64,000 nucleotides of DNA from Yuukianura sp. NJ FZ-2021 (GCA_046563655.1 CM102286.1:3534001-3598000); one strand, 5' to 3'. Shown: positions 36,901 to 48,862, numbered from the stretch's first letter. The notes: a model not told the origin generated them from the sequence alone. A program made the numbers and translations.

Positions 36901-37506
36901 TCAAAAGGCCTCCCCTGCAATGCAGCACTTGTACCTCACCAGTTTGGTTCCAGGGCAAGGAATGATCTGACGTTGGACAATTCGAAGTCGGTTGGGATTC
37001 TCGTACTGTTTCAAGATTGGATGGATGCATTTTGTCTCCCGAGTAAATTGACTTTTGCAGTGCGTTGTAAAGCATACTAAAATCCATATAAAAAAAATTC
37101 AAAAAACTGTCAATAGAGACTGGTAAATTCTTAACAGATCCTTGCTAAATTTTTTCAGGCTGACTACTTGTCGACGAAGACCAGTTACTTCATTTTTCGT
37201 CGCAGACAACTCAGCCGTTAGCTCATCGGAGGACTAAAAAACGAAACTTTTGGAAATTTTGAAGTCAAGGAAAGCTTTTACAGGGAAACTCCAAATTGAG
37301 AAACTGATTGTGATTGGCTGTTGTGAGAGAAACAGACCGAAATAATACGAATAAACCCTAAAAAGTTCATTTTCAAGAACCCGAGCCATCGCAATAAAAT
37401 ATTTACCGTCCTTGTCCCTTCGTTGACCTTCAACGCCAGTGTTCAGGGACTGAGCGAAAAGAACTACTGCTACAGTAGCAAAAACAGCAAAAGAAATTGA
37501 CTTCAT
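36901..37506 (-). CDS. Small secreted cationic 6-cysteine peptide (91 aa; exons 37407-37506, 36901-37076)
   Basis: Phase-1 GTAAAT...TTTTAG splice gives MKSISFAVFATVAVVLFAQSLNTGVEG-QRRDKDVCFTTHCKSQFTRETKCIHPILKQYENPNRLRIVQRQIIPCPGTKLVRYKCCIAGEAF*. Confidence 0.75.
37135..37347 (-). repeat. Dispersed fragment of the coiled-coil repeat family, inside the intron of the Cys-rich peptide gene
   Basis: Reverse complement matches 46630-46850 (tattatttcggtctgtt...ttagtcctccgatga) and 47830-47950 (gagctaacggct...ggtcttcgtcgacaagtagtc). Confidence 0.85.
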
Positions 37507-37854
37507 ATTTAGGAGTTCGAGATGTTTAAAAAAATTGAAGTTGAATCTTTCAACTAAAATTTTGAAATGAAGCGTGAGTTTTTGGTGACACTCGAAATCA
37601 AGTCTAAATAGCGACATTTCTCGAGGTTTCTTTCTGAAAACAAATTCCGTCAACCCACGGTGGCTTTTGGATGTGGATATCCTTCCTGTAACCAAATTTT
37701 ATTCCAGGAAAACTTTTTTTTTTTTAGCAATTTGAGTGCAATTTGTAGTTCTTAAAAAAATACAAACTGTGGAGATACTTCGTTTAAAAAAGTTTTTCAA
37801 AATATTCACTTTTATTGCTTTCATTGAAAATCAATTGAAAATTTTGTGATGTTG

Positions 37855-38695
37855 TCAATCATCTTCATGCGGTAAAGGAGTCGTCGTCGTCGTTGTCGGC
37901 AAATCTTTGATTAAAGTTGGAAACCATTCTTGATGCATATTTTCTTTACTGCACGGAGTTTCAATGTTTTTTCTAAAATAACAATAGCAATCATTCTAAG
38001 TTTTGAATTTAAGAAAAAATCTGATTTTGCTATTACATGATTTACCTGTTCAATGCCTCCAGACAAGTATCTCCATCTACGTTTCTGAGCTGATATTTTC
38101 CATAACCCAAGTAAACTGGTCGCCAAAGTATTTTCAGCGGTGGTTCACCATTGACTGGCACTAACATGAAACCCTCTTTGCCTAAAAACGTAACATAATT
38201 TTAAATTTAAATAAAAAATTAAAGTTACAATTTCAGTCATGCCTGGCATTCTCATCTAAAGAGTAACATGAATTTTTAAACAGTAAAATGAAAAATAATA
38301 GTAAAATGATTGTATTTGAAAAAAAAATTCTTATTTCAACATATCAAATGTGTAACTTTGTACTGATTGCCTGGACTTTCCATAGCTGATCTACCGAATG
38401 CATTCCTCTGTCCGACGATCGGTATGGGATTCCATTTTCTCCGGCTGTCAAGTACTGAAAGTATTGTTCAAATACGTAGCTTTCTACTCAAATTTTCGGA
38501 AAAAAAAAAAAAAAAAACTTTAAAAACTTCGTTTCGAAAACTTACATTTCCTGCATGTTGGTTTATGAGGGCATAAACTCTGTTGTTAGTAAACAGAACT
38601 GGATCCAATTTTACACTGGATCCTAACGTTACAAATCCAGTAACCACAATGACAACTGTAACTGCAACATGTAGTGAAATTATACGCAATTTCAT
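37855..38695 (-). CDS. Secreted ricin-B-type (R-type, beta-trefoil) lectin-like protein, 164 aa (exons 38546-38695, 38364-38454, 38046-38181, 37855-37972)
   Basis: All three introns are GT-AG and phase-consistent. Product: signal peptide, YALINQHAGNYL...DQLWKV and YQLRNVDGDTCLEAL...PCSKENMHQEWF (QxW repeats), then a Thr-rich tail. Confidence 0.75.
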
Positions 38696-39400
38696 TTTGT
38701 TAAACTAAAGTTAAAATTAGACAAACGTTCACAAATGGTTCCCACGAGGGAATGAGCAAGTTGTATCCATTGGCTAATTTTTTATGAATCTTCGTCGGCG
38801 TCCGTGTTACGGCAATCAAGGACGTTAAACAGCTTCCTAATAGCAAATCAGTTACAAAGCTAACCAGTCCTGCATAGTGCATATGTACAATTTACCCAAA
38901 AATGTTTAAGTTAAAGAGTTAAGAGAATTACGAAATGAACATTGACCTCATTCTAAAATGAAAAGTGAAAATGACTACCTTGCTAATTACCAACAGTCTT
39001 CAACATAATGATAATAGCTCGAAAAACACGTTTTCCACCTATTAATAAACGATGGACGTATTTTGCAAATTGACTTTGGTAAAGTGAAAGCTAGAAAGTG
39101 AAGTTCAACTTTAGTAAGATACAGTGCATGTAAAATGTTTACGCAAAAGTCCACAAAGTACAAATCTTTTAACCAACATTGCAGTACTTTATTTTAGTAA
39201 GAATAAATATAACAAAAACAGATAGCATACCCCATTGTTGGATTCTGGATTACAGGATGGATTGGTTTGTTTGGGTTGAGGACTTAGAATTGCAACACTC
39301 TCCAAAAATGAACTGAATTTGATGAACGTGGAGAGATCTGGCCAAATTCGTAATGAACCTATCAAATATAGTTAAGGAATTTATGAATTAGGTTTGAGAT

Positions 39401-42400
39401 TTATAGTTCATCCTTCAGCCCTGGTTCTTCGTGTCCTTCATCTTCTTCTGCCGGTGTGCGGTCCTCATCGGCATCAGCCTCGACATCTTCATCAGCATCG
39501 TCCTTAGCCGCATCTTCTTCAGCAGCCTCCTCCATCTCATCTTCATCAACTTCCTCATCCAACGGAATTCCAAGGCTTCCTCGCATCATGGACTCGATTG
39601 AATTGATGAAAGTATCCGTATCTTTGACAGTGTAGCCTGACCGCAGCGTAGCTGTGTGGAACAAGAGAGCTGACATTTGTTTAGCCACGGGATCCTCGAC
39701 GTCGTCCTTGACGCGACGCAGAAGTTCTTTGATCAGGGGATGTCTTGGGTTGACTTCAAGGGTCTTCTTTTGATTCATGTAATATCTGCAATTGAGCGGA
39801 AATCATTTTAAAAACGCTGAATTCCGAACGGATAATGTCATTTTAGTTAACTCCGGAACGTACTGTCGGCTGACATCATCAGATTTGGAATGTGTTTGAG
39901 ATGAAATGATTCGCTCCATGTTACCGGTCCAGCCATATCGACTGGTGACTAAGGCTACTGGGCTGGTGTCCAATCGGTCGCTCAATTCTGCTTTCAAAAT
40001 CTGAAAATTACCAAATCCTTACTAAAATTGATACATAGGGTATTGATACTGGCGACGTTGTGGAGATGGTATTGTACCTGGTCCTTGAGGGCGTTTTCTG
40101 TGAACCACTTTGTCAACGGCTCATAGATGGTCTTCAGTTCCTTCATCTTCTCTTCATTAGTCTTCATCGTAAGACCTTCCTTGGCAACATTCTGGAACTT
40201 CTTTCCTTCAAAGTCAGTGATGGAGTTGATGCAGTACTCATCAATTGGTTCAACCAGATAGAGAACTTCATAGTTTCTCTTCAACAATTTTTCAGTGAAG
40301 GGAGACTTCTTGACTTCATCCATAGACGAACCAGCAATGTAGTAAATAGTATCTTGCTTGTCCTTCATTCGCGTTACATAATCGGCCAAAGATGTCAATC
40401 CTCCTGCAAGAATACAGAATCTGCATTAAGAACTTGTCCTCTCTAGAAGTCATAAAAAGAAACAAAGTTGTCATTTTTATTACCATGGCTTGAATGAAAC
40501 TTGATCAATTTTGACAATCGGCTTCGGTTTGAAGTGTCTTCAATGACACCCAATTTGATGTTGGTGGAGTACTCTTTCCAGAATTTGTCAAACTGCTCAG
40601 GGTTCAACTTCTTAATCATATCCAAGGTCTTGCGGATCAATTTCTTCTTGATGATCTGTTTTTAGCAAACAAACAGTATGGATAAACATCTAACAAAACC
40701 ATAGAACGAGAACCATCCTGGATACTCCTACGTAGGCCATACAAACAATGATAAGAATGCTAGACTAACCTTCATTAGTTTTGACTGTTGAAGGTTCTCC
40801 CGAGATACATTCAGTGGCAAGTCATCGGAATCCACAATACCTCTCAAGAAATTCAAATATGGAGGAATGATATCGTTGAAGTCGTCGGTGATGAAGACAC
40901 GTCGAACGTACAACTTGATATTTTCAGTTTTGGTACCATATCGATTGAACGACTCCGAGGGTTGAACCGTGGGAATGTACAAAAGAGATTTAAAGGTGAC
41001 TTCTCCTTCAGCGACAAAGTGAGTGTTACTCAAGGGGTCAGAGGAGTCCTTCGTCAAAGCCTTATAGAAATCGTTGTATTCGGCTTCCGTGATTTCCGAT
41101 GGTTTGCGAAGCCAAATAGGCTTAGAGTGGTTGATAAGTTCCCAGTCGTAGACGGTCTTGGACACTTTCTTGGTCTTTGGCTTAGAGTCTTCGGCTTCCT
41201 CTACCTTTGCGTCATCATCATCATCGGCGATTTTGTCTTCGGCCTTCTTGTCTTTCTCTTCCTCTTCAACGGGTACTTCTTCCTCCACGGTCTAAAATGA
41301 AAGAAAAATTAAATAAGCAGTCAAAGCAAGCGGAGAATTCAATATCAAAGACAAGTTACCTTCTCGGTCCACAGGTAGATAGGAAAGTTGATAAACTGTG
41401 AGTACTTCTTGATCAAATCACGAACAGTAGATTCCTCAAGATAGTTGAGTGCCTCTTGTTTCAGCGCCAATGTGATTTGAGTTCCACGTTGGAGGGTTGG
41501 TCCACGTGGATCTTCGATGATATTGAACTCGGATGAGTTGGATTCCCAGATGTGTTGAGCTGCATCGTCGTTGGATTTGCTGGTAACAATTACTTTGTCG
41601 GCGACTACACAGAGAACGTACGTTGTTATAACTGATGCTTAGACGTTATAATAAGTATTTTTTAAGCATACCCAAGAATGAAGAATAGAATCCAACTCCA
41701 AACTGTCCAATAAGATCAGATGAAACTTGGTCTTCGCCACCTTCCTTCTGCTGCATCTGATTGAGAAAGTCAGAAGTACCGGATTTGGCAATCGTGCCCA
41801 AGTTTTTGACTAATTCTTCCCTTGTCATTCCAATGCCAGTATCGATGATGTGTAGGTACTTATTCTCCTTGTCAATTCTTATTCGGATATCCATGTTTGG
41901 ATTTGGAGCAAGCAGACTCGAGTCAGTGATTGAATTCAACCGTAATTTATCCAAAGCATCAGATGCGTTAGAAATTAGTTCACGAAGGAATATCTCTTTG
42001 TTTTTGTACAAGGAATTGATGATCAGCTTCATCATTCGATTAACTTCAGTCTATGAAAACAAGTGAACAATTTAAGTGAAACGCCCACATAAAATTCTGT
42101 TTTCATTACTAATTGAATTTATACCTGAAATTGGTGTTTCTCAGCGTTGGCTCGTAATTCACGAAGTTGCGCTGTGTTCAATTCATCAATCTTTATTGCC
42201 TCTTCTTCAATCTCAAGCGAACCCGCATTTGTTTTCATTCCGTTGTCTTTGACGCTCCTCGGAATTTTAGGCAACTCGACGTCGTCATCATCATCAATCT
42301 CATTTTTGTTCATTCCCTTCATAGCATCAGCGATTTTCTGCTCCATATCTGCATCTAAATCCAAATCCTCGTCGCATTTCGAAACACCTACGAACAATAC

Positions 42401-42505
42401 GCAATGTATTAAAATTATTCCGTCCAAAAAATCATCTTCAAATAATCGGTTAGTACCTGATAATGTCACACACAGAAACGCAATGATCAATATGATTCGC
42501 GACAT
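39401..42505 (-). CDS. HSP90B1: Endoplasmin (GRP94/Gp93, ER HSP90)
   Basis: [58 protein letters not shown]; signal peptide; C-terminal KDEL. Confidence 0.97.
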
Positions 42506-44712
42506 GTCGCCTAATGCCTTCACGGCTGAGCCCAGAATTGCGATTGCCTACCTAATTACTGAAACCTCTTAATTCTGGACGAAGAATGGGACAATGAGTG
42601 GAGAAATTCTTCACGTTTTCAACCGCTCGGAAAACTTTAGGAACCGGTTTTCCTGTTGTGACGTTTTCCCAATCCGATTACTAATTTATAAATTAATCAG
42701 TATTAATTATGTACGAGCAATGACAATTAATTTAGTTCACGCCAAATCGAAAATATACTAATCGATACCTGACTCCGACTCCGAATAGAGATTGCCCAGG
42801 AATGAATGCCAAAGTAAAGAAGTCGCATGAATTAAAAAATAGGAAAATTCTCGAACTGTCTATCAGGAGGTGGTGAGCTGGCAATATCTCATATAAAGTA
42901 AAGTTAGCACAATCCGTATAAATCACTTGTTTTCGATGACCGGTTTCGAACTTTTGGAATGTTCAAATCATATAACTAAACTTAATTAGTGCCTTTCAAC
43001 TAATCTCAAAAGTTGCAAAAATGCCATTTTTTTGAAGTTCTGATTTAGAACTAAGCAAGGCCAAAGATATTCGACAATATCTAAAGAAAAGTGCAACAGA
43101 AATGAAAGTAATTAACTACCATTTTACAAATTCGAAAAAAATTCTTTGATTTCTCACTAGTGTAAATGGTCCATAATTTAGCATGGTATTTTATGTTTTA
43201 CTACTTTTTTTTTGAAGTCAAATGCGTTCAACTACAATGCAATACAAAGAAGAAATTAAATTCAGGACCAAATTTTTCAATAAAATCAAGTGTGAGATTG
43301 AGGAAATACTTATGAGAATAGTTTAATAATACATTTATAACGTTGAATAGATTTCTTTTGATTTAAGAATTTTTGATAATTTTTTGTCAATTCATGCTAA
43401 CTTTCTAAGAAGTACGATTATTTCACCAGATCACTTCCCTCAACTCTGATAATGTGAGTGGAGCAAATGAGATGAAGCCACGAACTTGGAAATCATGACG
43501 TTGAACAACTTGTACCTTTACTATTGGTGGATTTATAGCAGTGAGAAGGAGCGGCGCAAAAATTTGAATTTTATACCGGTATCGAAGGCAATAGCAAGAG
43601 CAAGATGCAAATGCAAAGCAAATGCAAATAACCTCGGCATCAGCTGTTTCTATTTTTAGAACACAAATACTAAATGCTAAAACTTAACTCAAACTTTATT
43701 ACGAATTATGGACACCGAAAACTAAAAAGTGCAAACAATGCATGAAATATTGAGTATTGATACTTTAGATTTACGTTTTAGAACGTTATAATTACCTTGA
43801 ATTTAATTGCAATTGATTTAGAATATTGCATAACGGTACTTTTCGGAAGTACCACCGCATAGTATGGTAGTCGGTCAAGGTAAATAGAATACTACTAGGT
43901 AGTGCGGATAGAAAGTTTGTTTGGTTGCCATGTGGAAAAAAAAATGACGTCACCCGCTGAAAAATACCGGAATTCTGCGTATTATTGATGGTGTCCTATA
44001 GAAACCCGCAAACCGCATTTTGTTTACATAGATGCCAGCGGGTTAAAATATCACGATTACGGTATTTTTTCAGCTTGTGACGTCACAAACAAAAAATTGC
44101 GTTGGTTGCTAATGGTGCTGATTGCAGGGGGCTGGTAGTCGGTAGTGATTTCAATGACAACTAAAAAATGTGTGTGGTGCATAAATTATACGGTAATCAA
44201 TCGCGCATACAAACGTTTCTGTTCGTTGGCATTTTAAATTAAATGAGGAATTAAGTTAACTTGTTTTGAAATTATGTCCATATTTGAAGCAAAGGGTGAT
44301 GATGGAGGATGAGAACTGAACAAGGAGGAGAACCGTTCCGCATTGTTGATGTTGTGATTTTTTTCGGGGTCAAAAAAATCGAAAAGATAATAACAATCGA
44401 GTTTTTGCTCACTTTTTTATGTTCAACTCACATTCACAGGTCGATAGGATACAGCTGGTTGTCAATTTGGTTGCGAGATTTGTTCCTCAATTAGTTCAAG
44501 GCGAAGTAAGTTTAAATAACTTTAATTAATTCTTAATAGTGGATACTCAGAAGTTCTATCTTCGTTTGCCCTCGCGTCGTCGTGTGCTGTACGCACACAA
44601 TTTGGAGTTGAATTCGGTATATGTTTCCTCAATGGATCTTGATGTTTCCACTTAGCAATCATAGATTGTTCGAGGTGGGTACGACAAGGTAATATAAATT
44701 ATGAAATTTGTG

Positions 44713-45571
44713 GGCCAGGTCTAAAATCCTGAAATTTTGGAGACAAGTTGAGACGTGTTAAGGGCATGGGAAAAATCCTGAAATGGGGCAACCTGAGACC
44801 CACAGACAGCATGGCTAAAATCCTGAAATTTTTCAATGGAGAAAATCCTGAAATGGGGCACTGTGAGATTCCTTTGGAAAGCTAAGCATCATAACGGAGA
44901 AAGTTCAATAAATCAGAAATTGAGTGGGGCAACGTGAGATTCTTGTAGAAAACTAAGAAACTTAATGGAGAAAGTTCAATAAATCAGAAGTTGAGTGGGG
45001 CAACGTGAGATTCTTGTAGAAAACTAAGAAACTTCGTTCGCATTATTCAAATTACTAAGAAATTACATGGGGCGGGTGGAGATTGCGTGTTAAAACTGAG
45101 AAACTTTTTTCACATTGTACAATAAACTAAGAAATTTCCTGGGGCATGGTGAGATTCTATTGTTAAGGTACATTATTCCTAGAAGTAGTATCAAGATGTA
45201 CAGTTGCTGCTTTTCTGCCTCCGAAGCCCTGGTCGCGTTCTGTGCGGTGGAGAATTCACGCTTGGACACCTCCAACTGGATCTCTAAGTTTGTCGTGACT
45301 TCCTGTTCTGTTATGATTCGGTTCGAGGCGGAATTGTCGTTTCTGTTTGTAGCCAACTTGGATTTGGTGAGGCTCAGCTCTGCCTGGAGGGTGGCTTGGT
45401 CACTCAACAAAAGAGACAACTTCTCCTCGTTTCGATCGTGGTGCCAGACGAGATTTTCTAACTTCAGTTTCGTCTTCTTGTGATTCTCTCTTTCAAGATC
45501 CAGTTCAAGCTCAATTTTGCGACGAATTTCGATTTCAGCTGACAGATCTTCCTCTAATTCCTTGCTAGATT
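44713..45571 (-). repeat. Left arm of 859-bp near-identical inverted duplication (partner 47922-48780)
   Basis: Direct reverse-complement match; only isolated mismatches seen by eye; contains a 71-bp tandem unit and the coiled-coil ORF segment. Confidence 0.95.
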
Positions 45572-46745
45572 GCAAAGGACACAAGGCAGAAGCCGAGTCC
45601 AAGTCAACCAAAGGCAAGAACACGGTCTGTCCACCATCCCGTGCACGCGTACTATACCAACACATCACGTCATAGTTTTCGCGACTGGGCATCATACGTT
45701 AAACGATTTACTTAATTAAGAATTTAAATCAAAAATTATTTTTGATTCACATTACGTTGACGTCGAATTATAATCGTTGAGTAAATTACATCAGCCGAAT
45801 TAAAATTAACTAAAGTTATAGGTTTTTACCAACTTCCGCGAAAAATTATATCGTGGCTTTAATATGGGATACAGCACTACCAAATGTTTGTACAAGTTAG
45901 TAGACTTCGGAATCGTAAGACTACTATTCTAATGAAGAAAGTGTGACATACTATGAAACTTAGAAACAAAGTGGAAAAGACAACTTATTATTTAAGTTAT
46001 ACAGCATAGATGAACTTCGTCGTGTACACAATTTTTGGTTTCAGTTTTCCAGACGGATTCGCTTGTTGCTGACAGCTAAATAAAATTAAAACAAAACACG
46101 GTAGAAGCCAGGCAATTCTCCACTGGAGAATCTCCAGTCATATGGTTTAACTTAAGATAGTTACTTAGAATTAACTCGACAGACTTCCGCTTTGGCGTCA
46201 ATCGACATTAACCATTTTATACGCCGGTTCCAGCAATAACCTGTTGTAAATCTAGTGTTACAAAAGCAGCGACATTCAAAATGGCGGCGGCGACTGTCGA
46301 CCTATGCAGGAGTTTGTTGGCAATAGTAGTTGCGAGACTGGTTCCATGAATAAACTGTTGCAACCTAATGTGAATATTCTTACAACGGCGGCGACGTTCA
46401 AAATGGCGGCGGCGATCATCGAAGAGACTTGTCGTCCGTCAAAAGTTTTAACGACTGGTCTAGATCGACGCAATTACGTACAAGTCGTATATTTCTCCTA
46501 AGTCGAGGATTCTCCGTTTCCGCCCTTTACGTGAAAATTACCACTGCGTTTAAAAACAAACGGCGATCATGAGACGGAGAGGAACATCTTCGTCCAAAAC
46601 TCTTCGTAAACGAAGAATTTGCCAGCCTCTATTATTTCGGTCTGTTTTTCTCACAACAGCCAATCACAATCAGTTTCTCAATTTGGAGTTTCACTGTAAA
46701 AGCTTTCCTTGACTTCAAAATTTCCAAAAGTTTCGTTTTTTTTAG

Positions 46746-47543
46746 TCCTCCGATGACGTAAGGGCTGCGCGTAACTTGTCAGCGATAAAGAATGAAGTAA
46801 CTTGTCTTCGTCGACAAGTGGTCAGCCTGAAAAAATCTAGCAAGGAATTGGAAGAGGATCTCTTAGCTGAAATGGAAATTCGTCGCAAAATTGAGCTTGA
46901 ACTGGAGCTTGAAAGAGAGAATCACAAGAAGACGAAACTGAAGTTGGAAAATCTCGTCTGGCACCACGATCAAAACGAGGAGAAGTTGTCTCTTTTGTTG
47001 AGTGACAAAGCCACCCTCCAGGCAGAGCTGAGCCTCACCAAATCGAAGTTGGCGAATTACCGAAACGACAATTCCGACTCCAGCGGAATCACAGCAGAGC
47101 AGGAAGCCAAGAGAAACCTGGAGACTCAGTTGCAGTTGTCCCAGCGTGCCTTATCCACCGCACAGAACGCGGCCAGCACTTCGGAGGCAGAAAAGCAGCA
47201 ACTGCACATCTTGATGCGCAATACATCTGAAGATCTGCGCCAAATGCAAAGTGCGCTTAGGTCGCTTGCATTGCTGCTGCAGGAGTCCGAAGACATGGAC
47301 GAAGCTGCCAGACTGGAGCTGAATGCCGTTTGGCAAGAAAACAAATTACTGAAAGGAAGGTTGGAGTCACGGGTGGACAACGTAAAAAGTCCCAGCGAAA
47401 ATCTCGCCATCAGTCTGGAAAAGGCTGGCCAGAATCTGTCCAAGGCTCCTGAGGATGATTCGGTTGGTTTTCTCAGTAAGTGCTCTTGCTCTTCTACCAT
47501 GTCTTCTGAAAAGGGGAAGTTATACGGTGGGAATTTACACTAA
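46746..47543 (+). CDS. Coiled-coil protein exon of unknown family, copy A (possibly TE-borne or pseudogenic)
   Basis: Open frame after a tttag acceptor: SSDDVRAARNLSAIKNEV...ELEEDLLAEMEIRRKIELELELERENHKKTK; heptad-rich. Confidence 0.45.
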   Translation, partial: SSDDVRAARNLSAIKNEVTCLRRQVVSLKKSSKELEEDLLAEMEIRRKIELELELERENHKKTKLKLENLVWHHDQNEEKLSLLLSDKATLQAELSLTKSKLANYRNDNSDSSGITAEQEAKRNLETQLQLSQRALSTAQNAASTSEAEKQQLHILMRNTSEDLRQMQSALRSLALLLQESEDMDEAARLELNAVWQENKLLKGRLESRVDNVKSPSENLAISLEKAGQNLSKAPEDDSVGFLSKCSCSSTMSSEKGKLYGGNLH

Positions 47544-47832
47544 TTTAGCAACTAATCTGGGAATTTAATTTGTTTCAGGTTCGACTTCAACATCAGTACT
47601 CTCGTGGCCATCATCTTCAACACCGGTTCCGGAAAAATCGATGGAAAATGCTTCTGTTCTCGGTAAACTTTTATTGCTGATATTCAACATTCCTAATTTG
47701 GGTTTCTATCTCAAACCTGTAAACTAGCCAATAACTCCACGGTAACCAATTCTGTCAAAATTTGAAAAAAATAAAGCTTTATATGTAGATTAGCTTTCGC
47801 TTTTGAAAAGTTTCAAAAATCGTTTTTTTTAG

Positions 47833-48403
47833 TCCTCCGATGAGCTAACGGCTGCGCGTTGTGTTGTCTGCGACGGAAAATGAAGTAACTGGTCTTCGTC
47901 GACAAGTAGTCCGCCTGAAAAAATCTAGCAAGGAATTAGAGGAAGATCTGTCAGCTGAAATCGAAATTCGTCGCAAAATTGAGCTTGAACTGGATCTTGA
48001 AAGAGAGAATCACAAGAAGACGAAACTGAAGTTAGAAAATCTCGTCTGGCACCACGATCGAAACGAGGAGAAGTTGTCTCTTTTGTTGAGTGACCAAGCC
48101 ACCCTCCAGGCAGAGCTGAGCCTCACCAAATCCAAGTTGGCTACAAACAGAAACGACAATTCCGCCTCGAACCGAATCATAACAGAACAGGAAGTCACGA
48201 CAAACTTAGAGATCCAGTTGGAGGTGTCCAAGCGTGAATTCTCCACCGCACAGAACGCGACCAGGGCTTCGGAGGCAGAAAAGCAGCAACTGTACATCTT
48301 GATACTACTTCTAGGAATAATGTACCTTAACAATAGAATCTCACCATGCCCCAGGAAATTTCTTAGTTTATTGTACAATGTGAAAAAAGTTTCTCAGTTT
48401 TAA
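47833..48403 (+). pseudogene. Coiled-coil exon copy B, diverging from copy A after EKQQL and running into repeat DNA
   Basis: Tandem paralogue of 46746-47210; similarity ends near 48300. Confidence 0.45.
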
Positions 48404-48780
48404 CACGCAATCTCCACCCGCCCCATGTAATTTCTTAGTAATTTGAATAATGCGAACGAAGTTTCTTAGTTTTCTACAAGAATCTCACGTTGCCCCACTC
48501 AACTTCTGATTTATTGAACTTTCTCCATTAAGTTTCTTAGTTTTCTACAAGAATCTCACGTTGCCCCACTCAATTTCTGATTTATTGAACTTTCTCCGTT
48601 ATGATGCTTAGCTTTCCAAAGGAATCTCACAGTGCCCCATTTCAGGATTTTCTCCATTGAAAAATTTCAGGATTTTAGCCATACTGTCTGTGGGTCTCAG
48701 GTTGCCCCATTTCAGGATTTTTCCCATGCCCTTAACACGTCTCAACTTGCCTCCAAAATTTCAGGATTTTAGACCTGGCC
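47922..48780 (+). repeat. Right arm of the 859-bp inverted duplication
   Basis: Reverse complement of 44713-45571. Confidence 0.95.
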
Positions 48781-48862
48781 AATTTGTGACTTACACCTTA
48801 ATTTCGAATTTCATTTTCAGTGCTGCAGCTATCCTTCCCATTCTCCGAACGCTGTGGTATCA

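Noticed and set aside
40060..42572. Long plus-strand ORFs opposite endoplasmin
   Set aside because: Antisense shadows of HSP90 coding sequence
42655..42675. Possible UPRE/ERSE element in the Gp93 promoter (TGACGTTT, CCAAT)
   Set aside because: Does not match the TGACGTGG or CCAAT-N9-CCACG consensus
44896..45034. Repeat units resembling a CRISPR array
   Set aside because: Two contiguous 71-bp tandem copies without unique spacers, in a eukaryotic context with no cas genes
45572..45640. GGQTVFLPLVD...SALCPL resembling a tyrosine-recombinase fragment
   Set aside because: Too short and no catalytic R-H-R-Y motifs nearby; unsupported without a search
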